Source of the DNA: an uncultured Acidobacteriota bacterium
GTDB taxonomy: Bacteria; Acidobacteriota; Vicinamibacteria; Vicinamibacterales; UBA8438
Direction: 5' to 3'
Assembly: GCA_913043225.1 (NCBI GenBank)
Contig: CAJWLU010000002.1
Location: forward strand, 224,001 to 288,000
Length of the DNA: 64,000 bases
Positions 37,614 to 48,459 of the stretch are shown piece after piece. Within the stretch, counting starts at the first letter, position 1; each line of letters starts with the position of its first letter. The notes under the pieces were generated by a model. That model was not told where the DNA came from, ran no database searches, and saw nothing but the letters and a program-made list of their open reading frames with translations. A program made the translations under genes and the position numbers.

Positions 37614-37647
37614 AAAAAAGGCGGCGATCGCCGAAGCAACCACCGCC
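37614..37647 (-). terminator. Rho-independent terminator
   Basis: Minus strand GGCGGTGGTTGC-TTCG-GCGATCGCCGCC-TTTTTT: 12-bp stem, C(UUCG)G tetraloop and U6 tail, downstream of the propeller pair. Confidence 0.88.
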
Positions 37648-37680
37648 CCCAAAGGCCCAGCCCAGCGCCTGAATCGCGCG

Positions 37681-39147
37681 CTAGTCGTCCAGCGGCTCGC
37701 CCTGGGCGCCGTCCTGAATGGCCCAGAGACGGTTCCGGGTCAGGATGTACATCACGCCGTCTCGTACCACCGGAGTGCTGTAGACAGACGCGCCCATGTT
37801 GAGCTCGGCCAGTTCTTCCATTTCGCGGCCGGCCCGGAGCACCACGATGTCTCCGTCCTCGTCGCCGAGGAAGACCTTGCCATCCACCACGAAGGGCGAG
37901 CCCCAGACGGCGGCAAAGGCGTCGTAGGTCCAGAACTCCTCCCCGGTGTCCGGATCCAGCGCGTGTAGGAAACCGGAGAGGCTGGAGATGTAGAGGACGC
38001 CGTCGGCGATCGCGGCGGTCGACATCGTGCGGTAGAAGTCCTCACCGTCCCGGCTCCACACCTTATGCGTGTCGGTGACGTCCCCGGTCCCGGTCGCGTC
38101 GATAGCGTAGAAATGTCCGGGCGCTTCCCCGTGTTCCGGGTCCTGTCCCATGCCGATGTACACCCGGTCGTTGTAGATGACCGGTGTGGAGAGGATGTTG
38201 TTGCGGGTGCCGCGGCCGCCCAGAATCCACTCCGAGTCCTTGGGGTTGCCGTCGAACTGCCAGATCTCCTCACCGGTAGCGGCATCCAGTGAATAGACGA
38301 TGCCGTCGCCTCCCGCCACGATGACCTGCTCGCGTCCGGCGATTTCGGCGTAGGCTGGATTGGTCCAGCTGCCGTGCAGCACGCCTTCGCCCACGTCCAC
38401 GTTCTCCCAGATCAGTTCACCCGTGTTCTTGTCGAGCGCGATGATGTGGGGTGAGAACGGCGACGGAATGTTGACGTGTCCTTCGTCAACGCCGTTACTC
38501 GTGACTGTGTAGAGCACGTCCCCGACGATGAGCGGAGAGCCGGTCGCTAGGTTGTGGGGGAAGACATCGAGCTCGCCGATCATGTCGTAGGACCAGAGGA
38601 TGTCTCCGTCGGTCGGGCCGGTGCCCGTCTCGTCCATGAACGGTCCGTCGTTCCCGTTTGCCAGCCCTTCCACGTCGAGGCAGACCACGTGGGCCTGATT
38701 CGACACGTACCAGACCCGATCGCCCTCGATGAAGGCGGTCGAGCAAACGCCCTGCAGCGGCCAGTCGTTCACTCGGCCGGCCGACAGCTTGTCGTGCACC
38801 ATCTGCCAGATGAAGTCGCCCGACGCAGCATCGAAGGCCATGAGCACACCCATGTCACCTTCGTAGGCCGGGTCTCTCACTCCTTCGTTGTTGGTCCCGA
38901 CATAGACCTTTCCGTTAGCGACTGTCGGGCCGCCGTAGGCCTGTGATCCTACCGGCTGGCTCCAGAGAATGTTCGCTCCGGTGCGCGGATCCCAGGTCTC
39001 GGGCACCCCGGTCTCGTCCGAGACCATGTTTCGGGACGGGGTGTTCCCGAACATCCCGACCTCGTCCTGGGCCGCGATGGGTGCGGCTGCTGCCACTACC
39101 GCGAGGATGCCGGCCGCCACTGTTTGTACTGCACGCAATCGAGTCAT
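37681..39147 (-). CDS. Secreted PQQ-binding-like beta-propeller protein
   Basis: Signal peptide; repeats ALDKNTGELIW, SLDAATGEEIW, ALDPDTGEEFW; start overlaps the upstream stop. Confidence 0.85.
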   Translation of the reverse strand: MTRLRAVQTVAAGILAVVAAAAPIAAQDEVGMFGNTPSRNMVSDETGVPETWDPRTGANILWSQPVGSQAYGGPTVANGKVYVGTNNEGVRDPAYEGDMGVLMAFDAASGDFIWQMVHDKLSAGRVNDWPLQGVCSTAFIEGDRVWYVSNQAHVVCLDVEGLANGNDGPFMDETGTGPTDGDILWSYDMIGELDVFPHNLATGSPLIVGDVLYTVTSNGVDEGHVNIPSPFSPHIIALDKNTGELIWENVDVGEGVLHGSWTNPAYAEIAGREQVIVAGGDGIVYSLDAATGEEIWQFDGNPKDSEWILGGRGTRNNILSTPVIYNDRVYIGMGQDPEHGEAPGHFYAIDATGTGDVTDTHKVWSRDGEDFYRTMSTAAIADGVLYISSLSGFLHALDPDTGEEFWTYDAFAAVWGSPFVVDGKVFLGDEDGDIVVLRAGREMEELAELNMGASVYSTPVVRDGVMYILTRNRLWAIQDGAQGEPLDD

Positions 39148-41366
39148 TGGTTCTCCACCACGCTGACGTTGTCGAAGTAGATGTCGATCGGCGAGTAGCC
39201 GATGATACCGGGGCTTCCGGTGTGGTTGGGTACTGGGTCTTCGGCGGTCAGCGTCCAGTCCGAGGGCTCTGAGGCGTCCCGTGGCCAGACCTTGGCCTGC
39301 ACGATGGCTTGGTCGCCTTCGATGTCCACCCGGAGCTTAAGGGTGTACCAAGTGTTCGGTTCCCAAGGGAAGTCGACCTCTTCCTGGATTCTGAGCTCCG
39401 CCGCCCACGACTGGATCATGAGTTTCTGGCGATTACCCTGCAGGTCCATCGTGTAGCCGCTATTGATCAGGCCGATGTCCGGTCGCCGGCGACCCCGCTG
39501 AGTGGCGAACACGTCGGCCTGCACGGTGTAGCCCGACATGCTGGCGGGGCCCATGTAGGTGGCGTGCCGGTGAATGCCGGTGCGGGACGCGCCCTTGCGG
39601 AACACCAGGTTGCCATCGACCTCTTCGACCGCGAGGCTCCCTCCGCCGCCGATCCACTGGGGCGGCCGGCCATTCTCGAAGTTCTCGGACCAGGGGAGTG
39701 GCGCGTAGACCCGCACCTGACCGACGGCGCTCAGTCCGCCCACGGTAGCGGTGACGGTGCCCGCCTGGTTGCTTGCCCGAGCGTCAGTCGACAGTACCCC
39801 GTTGGCCGAGATCGAGCTGCCAGCCAGGTCTTCGAGCGACCAGCTGGCCTCCTGCAGTCCGATGAAGCGCCCGCCCGCGTCGTAGGCCCGTACCTCGAAC
39901 TCGATGCTGTCGCCTCCCGAGGCGATCACTTCGGCCGGTACGACCTGAAGTATGGAAGGCGTGCTCGTGGCGGCAATCTCATCGTCCAGGTCTGGGGCCG
40001 CGCCCGCCCTTGCCGTGAACGGGGTGTCCGGAGCCCCGATCGCGTAGATGCCGGCCTCCGACGTCACGTAGAGTCGTCCGTAGCCGACTGCGAACGAGCC
40101 GTAGACCTCGGCGTAGCGTTCTTCGTCTCGCATCTGCAACTCGTCGTGATCGAGCTCGGTGGCTCCGCTGGGGCCAGGCTGCAAGATGCGCACGTTCCCG
40201 TTGGTTTCGGTGACGAAGAGCTTGCCGTCGGCCCACACCGGCGACGCCTTACCGACGTTGCCGACGCTGGTTTCCCACTGCACGGCGCCGGTGGCCGCGT
40301 CGAGTGAGAACAGGTTGGCCGAGTTGTCGATTACGTAGAGCGAGCCGTCATGCAGCAACGGCGACGAGAACCCGACTGCCATCTCCTCAACCCGCCACTT
40401 CTCGTGTGTCGCGGTCACGTCCCCGGCGCCGGTAGCGTCAATCGCCACCACCCGTCCCATGATGCCGGAGTCGATGTTCTCCTCGCTGTGCGCGACGTAA
40501 ACCGTGTCGTCGACTAGGACGGGCGAGACGTTGATCCCGCGCTTACTGAGGTGGAATTCCCAGACCTTCTCGCCTGTCCGCGCCTTCAGCGCGTAGATCC
40601 GGCCGTCGGCGTTCCCGTCGATCCAGAGCCGCTGACCGTTCACGACGCCGACGATGCCGACTGACTGCGTGTTCATGTCGGCCACGTTGCCGCCAGGCGT
40701 CGAGTGCCACCGGATCTCGCCGGTGAGCTTGTCGAACCCGAAGTAACGGTGACGGGGTGGGCCGCCCAGGTTGCCCCAGGCGCCGCCGATGATGCTGAGC
40801 AGCAGCTGGTCTTCATCGATCAACGGCGTAGTAGTTCGGCCGCCGTAGCCGGAGGCCCGCCCAATTTCCTCGGCCAGCCGCCAGCTCCACACGGTGCTGC
40901 CATCGCGATCGAATACGTTCAGGTAGCCGTCGATATTCATCGCGTAGAGGTAGCCGGTGTCGGGGTCGCCCGTGACACTGCCCCAGCCAACCCGGTTGAA
41001 CGGCACCGTGGTGTTCAGGATGTTGAACTGGTGCTGCCACAGCTTCTCGCCGGTCTCGGCGTTCCAGCAGGCCACAACCTCCTGCTCGTCCACGCCGTCG
41101 CCGGTCCGGCCGTTGGCGCACACCCGGCCGTCGAACACCGCCGGGGTCGAGCGTCCGACCCACTCGTCCTCCCAGACGAGGTTTTCCCCGTCCTGGGACC
41201 AGCTTGACGGAAGTCCGGTCTGGTCCGACACGCCGGTCTGGCTCCGTCCCCGCCAACTCGGCCAGTCTTGGGCGACGGCCGGGAGCGAAAGCCCGAGTAG
41301 CGCCATCAGCAGCGCCGCGGCAACCCGCGTCGTGACGCCGTATGCAGCCCTGGTCATCCGATGCAT
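39144..41366 (-). CDS. Secreted PQQ-binding-like beta-propeller with C-terminal Ig-like and lectin-like beta domains
   Basis: DWPSWRG and propeller repeats, then LQVVPAEV (Ig-like) and WYTLKLRV...KVW...YFDNVSV (jelly-roll-like). Confidence 0.82.
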   Translation of the reverse strand: MHRMTRAAYGVTTRVAAALLMALLGLSLPAVAQDWPSWRGRSQTGVSDQTGLPSSWSQDGENLVWEDEWVGRSTPAVFDGRVCANGRTGDGVDEQEVVACWNAETGEKLWQHQFNILNTTVPFNRVGWGSVTGDPDTGYLYAMNIDGYLNVFDRDGSTVWSWRLAEEIGRASGYGGRTTTPLIDEDQLLLSIIGGAWGNLGGPPRHRYFGFDKLTGEIRWHSTPGGNVADMNTQSVGIVGVVNGQRLWIDGNADGRIYALKARTGEKVWEFHLSKRGINVSPVLVDDTVYVAHSEENIDSGIMGRVVAIDATGAGDVTATHEKWRVEEMAVGFSSPLLHDGSLYVIDNSANLFSLDAATGAVQWETSVGNVGKASPVWADGKLFVTETNGNVRILQPGPSGATELDHDELQMRDEERYAEVYGSFAVGYGRLYVTSEAGIYAIGAPDTPFTARAGAAPDLDDEIAATSTPSILQVVPAEVIASGGDSIEFEVRAYDAGGRFIGLQEASWSLEDLAGSSISANGVLSTDARASNQAGTVTATVGGLSAVGQVRVYAPLPWSENFENGRPPQWIGGGGSLAVEEVDGNLVFRKGASRTGIHRHATYMGPASMSGYTVQADVFATQRGRRRPDIGLINSGYTMDLQGNRQKLMIQSWAAELRIQEEVDFPWEPNTWYTLKLRVDIEGDQAIVQAKVWPRDASEPSDWTLTAEDPVPNHTGSPGIIGYSPIDIYFDNVSVVENQ

Positions 41367-41441
41367 CCTCGCTGAAATGGAAACCGGCGTGGGTGACAGG
41401 TCGCCACGAACACCCCGGGAAGCAACCGTAGCCGACCGCTA

Positions 41442-41450
41442 ATTGTATCA
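41442..41450 (-). promoter_or_regulatory. Putative extended -10 promoter (TGATACAAT) for the propeller pair, overlapping the HupE stop codon
   Basis: TGnTACAAT about 75 nt upstream of ATG 41366. Confidence 0.55.
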
Positions 41451-42581
41451 GGCGCTCAGCCGGTCGATTGCCCAGAACAGCCCGACGAAGGCGATGCCGG
41501 CCGAGAAGGGCATCACCAGTCGGGTTCGATACCAGTCACGTTCTCGACACCAGCCGAGCAGTAACCAGGCGGCCGCGATGACGCCCAGCTGTCCCAATTC
41601 GATGCCGAGGTTGAACGTGGCCAGTCCGAGTGTCCGATGTCCCGGCGGGAGACCCAGCTCGGTCAGGACGCCGGCGAACCCGAGGCCATGAAGCAGGCCG
41701 AAGCCGAAGACAACGACCGGCCGCCAGGGGTGGAGCCGGTCGGTCAGCAGGTTCTCCACCGCCACGTAGGTGATGGAGAGCGCGATCAGCGGCTCGACGA
41801 CCGACGCCGGAAGCGACACGACCTCAAGAACGGCGAGCGTCAGCGTCACCGCGTGCGCTACGGTGAACGCGGTGATCTGCCAGACCAGCGGCCGCAATCC
41901 GGTACCCAGCAGAAACAGGCCGATGACGAAGAGCACGTGGTCTAGTCCGCGCGGCAGGATGTGCAAGAAGCCGAGACGTAGATAGCGGCCGGCCACCGTT
42001 GACGACGGTTCGGGGGGCAGGTCGCCGAGCAGGGTGAACGGTTCGCTGCGATCGCCTCGCTCCAGCAGCGACTGTCGGCTGAGGTTCCGGGTCTCGTCCA
42101 GGATCGTCAGGTTGACCTCGGCAAAGGCGCGAGAGGCGAAGAACTCGAGTTCTTCAGCCCCGGCCGGTATCTCGCCCGTGAGCCGCGCGGTCAGACCGAG
42201 GAGGGTGGGGATTGCTGCCTCGGTCGCCGCTGGGGTGCCGTAGTCGGGAAAGCTGACCTCGAAGGGCGCCGGTTCGCCATCGAAGCGCAGGCGGACGCGC
42301 CGTTCGAACAGGCGCCGGAGGCGCTCCAGACGTTCGTCGAACTCGGCGGGGGTCAGGGCGGTGAGCGTGGCGACCAGCGTGGCGTCGTCGGCGTCTTGCG
42401 GGGCGGCGAGCGCCAGGGCGTCGAGATCGGTCGTCAGATCTGCCTGGAAGGTCCCGTCCGGGCGGAGCAGCACCGCAGTGTCGGTGAACCGGAGCGGATG
42501 CGTCAGTGCGGTGGACGGCCACCAACTCCATCCCAGCGCGATACAGACGAACCAGAGTGCCACGCGGCGGGGTTGAAGCAT
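41448..42581 (-). CDS. HupE/UreJ-family membrane protein with N-terminal periplasmic domain
   Basis: ALTHP after the signal peptide; GFLHILPRGLDHVLF, TAFTVAHAVTL, VEPLIALSI, FGLLHGLGFA, FNLGIELGQ. Confidence 0.9.
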   Translation of the reverse strand: MLQPRRVALWFVCIALGWSWWPSTALTHPLRFTDTAVLLRPDGTFQADLTTDLDALALAAPQDADDATLVATLTALTPAEFDERLERLRRLFERRVRLRFDGEPAPFEVSFPDYGTPAATEAAIPTLLGLTARLTGEIPAGAEELEFFASRAFAEVNLTILDETRNLSRQSLLERGDRSEPFTLLGDLPPEPSSTVAGRYLRLGFLHILPRGLDHVLFVIGLFLLGTGLRPLVWQITAFTVAHAVTLTLAVLEVVSLPASVVEPLIALSITYVAVENLLTDRLHPWRPVVVFGFGLLHGLGFAGVLTELGLPPGHRTLGLATFNLGIELGQLGVIAAAWLLLGWCRERDWYRTRLVMPFSAGIAFVGLFWAIDRLSA

Positions 42582-42587
42582 CTGTCT

Positions 42588-42616
42588 ATGCTACGACAGC
42601 TGCTCCGGGGTACCCT
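42588..42616. promoter_or_regulatory. Back-to-back -10 hexamers (TAGCAT on minus, TACCCT on plus), each 6 nt before an ATG
   Basis: 41-nt divergent gap with no Shine-Dalgarno on either side. Confidence 0.5.
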
Positions 42617-42622
42617 CGCCCC

Positions 42623-43516
42623 ATGGACGGTGAGACGCAGGCGCTCATTTGGCTAGCGGCCGCCAAGTGGTTGACCGATCTCGGGCTGCTGTGGATGGTC
42701 GGCGTGCTCGCATTTCGCACGATCAGCCGGCTTGTTGGGAGCGTTCCGCTCGGATCGGTCCCGCGCCAAGCCGCTGCGGCGCTCGCGCTGCTCGTGGTCG
42801 GATGCGCGGCCCGTCTTTGGGCGCAGACCTACGCCACGTTCGGGCTCGACGAGCCGGTCACGGGGGAGTTGATACGCCTGGTAGCCGAGGAGACGCGCTG
42901 GGGTGGCCGCTGGGTGCTGCAAGCTGCCTCACTGACTGTCGCCGTCGCCCTGGCTGGGCTGTTGCCGGTAGCGCCTCGGTGGGGCTGGCCGGCGTTTGGG
43001 GTCGCGACCCTGGCCATGATCGGGACCGCCCCGTTGACCGGGCATGCGATGGCAGGGGAGTCGGTGTGGTGGCCCATGCTCCTCCAGGGCCTGCATTTAC
43101 TGGGCGCGGGCGCCTGGTTGGGGACGTTGGGGGTGCTACTGGCGAGCGGACTCGCGTCATGCCGCGGTGACGCCGTCCGGGTGTCGTCCCTCGTCGATCG
43201 GTTCTCACCCTTGGCTCTCGGCTCGGCCACGACGGTCGCCGTGACCGGAGGCTTGACGGCGCTGCTCTATGTTGGCGGACTGGGGCAGTTCTGGACGAGC
43301 ACCTACGGGAGGGTGCTGTTGCTGAAGACGGTGCTTTTCCTGACGACGGCCATGGTGGGCGCGTACAACTGGCGGCGGGTGCGACCCCGGCTAGGGGCTC
43401 CGGGAGGGGTTGCGGCGCTGCGTCGCGCGGGCACGGTCGAGCTGACGATTGCGTCGGTGCTGCTGGCGGTCACCGCCTGGCTGGTACATCTGCCGATGCC
43501 GGGCGGCGGGCACTGA
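42623..43516 (+). CDS. CopD-family copper resistance/uptake membrane protein
   Basis: About 8 TMs; ETRWG, LTGHA, LHLLGAGAWLG, RFS, STYGRVLLLK, GAYN, VEL. Confidence 0.85.
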   Translation: MDGETQALIWLAAAKWLTDLGLLWMVGVLAFRTISRLVGSVPLGSVPRQAAAALALLVVGCAARLWAQTYATFGLDEPVTGELIRLVAEETRWGGRWVLQAASLTVAVALAGLLPVAPRWGWPAFGVATLAMIGTAPLTGHAMAGESVWWPMLLQGLHLLGAGAWLGTLGVLLASGLASCRGDAVRVSSLVDRFSPLALGSATTVAVTGGLTALLYVGGLGQFWTSTYGRVLLLKTVLFLTTAMVGAYNWRRVRPRLGAPGGVAALRRAGTVELTIASVLLAVTAWLVHLPMPGGGH

Positions 43517-43526
43517 CCCGCGTCGC

Positions 43527-43946
43527 CTACCGGCTCGGTTGGCGCAGCTTGATCCGGTAGGGACGGCCTCGGCGGAGGAAGTTGATTATGGTGTCCGACT
43601 CGGAACCGATCAGACTCACGCGGGCGGCGGTGTCGACGTTATCTCCGACATCCACGCCACCGACGCGATAGATCACGTCGCCCGCTCGGAAACCGGCGGT
43701 GCCGGCCAGACTGTTCTCCGCCACCTCGGTCACCAGCACCCCTTCTCGCAGCTGGAGGTTATCCGGCTCCATGCGCGTCAGCAGCGTGTCGGTGGGCGCC
43801 GCGTCGCAGACCGTCAGTCCGAGCTCGAGCGCCCGCGGTTCGCCGCCGGGATGGCAGACGTAGAGTTCGGACGGCTGGGCCGAGGCGGCTCCCGTCAGCC
43901 CGAGGATCAGTGCTGCCGCCGGGATGTAGACCGTCGAGCACCTCAT
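43527..43946 (-). CDS. Small exported PDZ-domain protein
   Basis: Signal peptide; GVLVTEVAENSLAGTAGFRAGDVIYRVGG, FLRRG. Confidence 0.75.
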   Translation of the reverse strand: MRCSTVYIPAAALILGLTGAASAQPSELYVCHPGGEPRALELGLTVCDAAPTDTLLTRMEPDNLQLREGVLVTEVAENSLAGTAGFRAGDVIYRVGGVDVGDNVDTAARVSLIGSESDTIINFLRRGRPYRIKLRQPSR

Positions 43947-43953
43947 TGGAGAC

Positions 43954-44000
43954 AGTATACGGCCTTCGCGACGCTCGCGAAGAGTCGGATCCGGTAACCT
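43954..44000. promoter_or_regulatory. Back-to-back -10 hexamers (TATACT on minus at 43954-43959, TAACCT on plus at 43995-44000), each 7 nt before an ATG
   Basis: 61-nt divergent gap with no clear Shine-Dalgarno. Confidence 0.5.
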
Positions 44001-44007
44001 GTCGTGG

Positions 44008-45114
44008 ATGGCGTTTTTGTTTCGCGGTCGGTCTCTTGCGGTGTACTTCCCCCTGCTCCTGGCCTTCGGGTGGACCCCCCTCACGACCTCTGCCGCTCAG
44101 ACGGACGAGGGGACGGCGGCGCGATTCGCGCAGCTCGCCCTCGATTGCGTGCATCGGGAATACCCAAACAAGATCGCGCATGTCTTGAACGACGACGGCG
44201 ATGCACTGCCGCCCCGCCTGCTCACCCCAGCCTTCTACGGCTGCTTCGACTGGCACTCATCGGTGCATGGGCATTGGCTGCTGGCTCGACTGAGCCGGCT
44301 GTATCCCGAGGCGGAATTCGCTGCGCCGGCGCGGGCGGCGCTGGCCGAGAGTTTGACCGTCTCCAAAATCGTGGCCGAGGCGCGCTACTTCCAGGCACCC
44401 GGCCGGGCCGGGTTCGAGCGACCATATGGGCTGGCCTGGCTTCTGCAGCTGGCGGCCGAGCTTCGTGAGTGGGTTGACCCCGAGGCGCGGGCGTGGCTCA
44501 CGGCGCTCAGCCCGCTCGAGGAGCGCGCCGCGATCCAGCTCAAGTCCTGGCTACCCAAGCTGAGTCACCCGATTCGGGTGGGCGAGCATTCCCAGACCGC
44601 GTTCGCCTTCGGGCTCATTGTGGATTGGGCCCGGGTGACCGGTGACGACGAGATGCTCGACTTGCTAGGGGAGCGGGTCACCGAGTACTACGCCGAGGAC
44701 GTGAACTGTCCGCTGGCCTACGAGCCGTCTGGACAGGATTTCCTGTCGCCCTGTCTGGCCGAAGCCGACCTGATGCGGCGCATGCTCCCCCCCGAGCGCT
44801 TCCGGGTCTTCTTGCGGGCGCTGTTGCCCACCATTCCCACGACCGCGCACACCTGGCTCGAGCCGGCCGTCGTGACCGACGCGACTGACGGAAAGCTCGC
44901 CCATCTGGATGGGTTGAACCTGAGCCGCGCCTGGATGCTGGACGGCATAGTGAACGCACTTCCGGACGACGATCCCAGACGCCCCGCGTTGCTGGCCGCG
45001 GCGGCGGCGCATCGGGAAGCGGGGTTGGCGTCGGTCACCGGCGAGCACTACGAAGGGGGCCACTGGCTCGGTACCTTCGCGACCTACCTGGTAACCGGGC
45101 GTGGTCTTCAGTAG
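44008..45114 (+). CDS. DUF2891 domain protein
   Basis: REYPNK, PAFYGCFDWHSSVHGHW, FERPYGLAW, EPSGQDFLSP, HLDGLNLSRAW, YEGGHWL. Confidence 0.88.
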   Translation: MAFLFRGRSLAVYFPLLLAFGWTPLTTSAAQTDEGTAARFAQLALDCVHREYPNKIAHVLNDDGDALPPRLLTPAFYGCFDWHSSVHGHWLLARLSRLYPEAEFAAPARAALAESLTVSKIVAEARYFQAPGRAGFERPYGLAWLLQLAAELREWVDPEARAWLTALSPLEERAAIQLKSWLPKLSHPIRVGEHSQTAFAFGLIVDWARVTGDDEMLDLLGERVTEYYAEDVNCPLAYEPSGQDFLSPCLAEADLMRRMLPPERFRVFLRALLPTIPTTAHTWLEPAVVTDATDGKLAHLDGLNLSRAWMLDGIVNALPDDDPRRPALLAAAAAHREAGLASVTGEHYEGGHWLGTFATYLVTGRGLQ

Positions 45115-45173
45115 GCTCAGGAAATCGCGGTATGCTCCGAGGTCGCGACACCGTACATCGATAGGAGATATTT

Positions 45174-47135
<1,962 letters not shown>

Positions 47136-47144
47136 CCTCGACCG

Positions 47145-48074
47145 CTACGCTTCGTCCGTCTGCTCGCCATCATTTTTGGCGGGCAGGCGGACTTCCTGTC
47201 CCAGCTGCCGTTCGTAGAGCTTCACCATCGCGCTCTTTGGCTCGTCGCCAAGTCCTTCAGCGATGGCGCGTTCATAGATCCCGATCATCGTCTCGACTAG
47301 CGGCAACTCGGCGCCGAGTTCCCGCGTCACGTCCTGGATATTGACGATGTCCTTGTGGGCCGCCTGGAGCGAAAAGTCGCCGTGGAACTCGCGGCGCAGG
47401 ATACGCGGTACGAAGAAGTCGCTGGCGAAGCTCCGGGCGCTGCCCGAGGTCACGACGTCCGCTACCGCCGTCGGCGCTAGCCCAGCTTTCAACGCCAGCG
47501 GCAGCACCTCGCACAGGGCCGCGATGTTAACGTCGTAGATGATGTTGTTGACCGCTTTCATCAGCTGCCCGCTGCCGACCGGGCCGCAATGCACGATGAA
47601 CTGGCCAAGGATGTCCAGATAGGGCTGGGCTTCGGTGAATGCCGTGTTGGTGCCGCCGAACATGATTGTGAGCGATCCGTCTTCGGCGCGGTGTGGCTTT
47701 CCCGATATCGGGCAGTCGCTGTAGCGGATACCGGCCGCCTCGCAGCGTTCCGCCAGTCGCACGGCGGAGCCACGGTTCATGGTGGTGGTATCCACCACCG
47801 CGAGCGTCCCGGAGTCTCTGGAGGACACCCCGTTCTCGCCAAACAGCACCACCTCGGCTTCAATCTCGGAAGGGACGCACAGGAACAGGATGTCGACCCG
47901 TTCGGCGAGGGCCTTCGGGGTCTCGGCCCTAGGCACGCCGACCTCGGCGAGTCGTTCGACCGGTTCCGCCTGCACGTCGAAGACCGTCAGCGGGACGTTC
48001 GCTGCGATCAGGTTGCTGGCCATGGCGAAGCCCATCCGTCCCAGTCCGATGAAGCCGGCGTTCGCGTTCTGCAT
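47145..48074 (-). CDS. Beta-hydroxyacid dehydrogenase (3-hydroxyisobutyrate / tartronate semialdehyde reductase family)
   Basis: GFIGLGRMG, DCPISG, GSGQLMKAVNN, KD. Confidence 0.88.
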   Translation of the reverse strand: MQNANAGFIGLGRMGFAMASNLIAANVPLTVFDVQAEPVERLAEVGVPRAETPKALAERVDILFLCVPSEIEAEVVLFGENGVSSRDSGTLAVVDTTTMNRGSAVRLAERCEAAGIRYSDCPISGKPHRAEDGSLTIMFGGTNTAFTEAQPYLDILGQFIVHCGPVGSGQLMKAVNNIIYDVNIAALCEVLPLALKAGLAPTAVADVVTSGSARSFASDFFVPRILRREFHGDFSLQAAHKDIVNIQDVTRELGAELPLVETMIGIYERAIAEGLGDEPKSAMVKLYERQLGQEVRLPAKNDGEQTDEA

Positions 48075-48099
48075 GATCTCCTCGGGATGGCCGCCGTCG

Positions 48100-48381
48100 C
48101 TATCGCGTCCAGTCGAAGCCGATCGACCAGGACAGCTCGTCGGTGGGTTTCGCGTCGTCGAGCGGGAAGAGCATGGCCGTCGAAAGTAGCCAGGTGCCCG
48201 CCGTGTGGTGCTTCACCCCGACCGAGCCGAGGCGTAAGTTGAGGTCGCCCGCTTGGCGGTGCAGTTGCTGGACGCTGCCGTCGTTGGCGATCTGCGCTTG
48301 AGCCGGCCCCAGCCGCAGTCGGCCAATGTTGGTGATGGTGCGGGCGGTGAAGTCAGGTCGACGGCTTAGCATGTTTGTCAT
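48100..48381 (-). pseudogene. Possible C-terminal relic of an outer-membrane beta-barrel protein
   Basis: Amphipathic strands LNLRLGSVGVK...WLLSTAMLFPL...SWSIGFDWTR, no signal peptide, only 93 aa. Confidence 0.35.
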
Positions 48382-48419
48382 GGGTTCGTCCCCCGTCGGA
48401 GTGGTGGCGCGGGCGGCAG

Positions 48420-48425
48420 TATAAT
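48420..48425 (+). promoter_or_regulatory. -10 box TATAAT upstream of the alpha/beta hydrolase gene
   Basis: Perfect consensus about 35 nt upstream of the start, with GAGGA in between. Confidence 0.55.
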
Positions 48426-48459
48426 CCCGACTTACGCCTTAGGCATTGCGAGGAACAGT

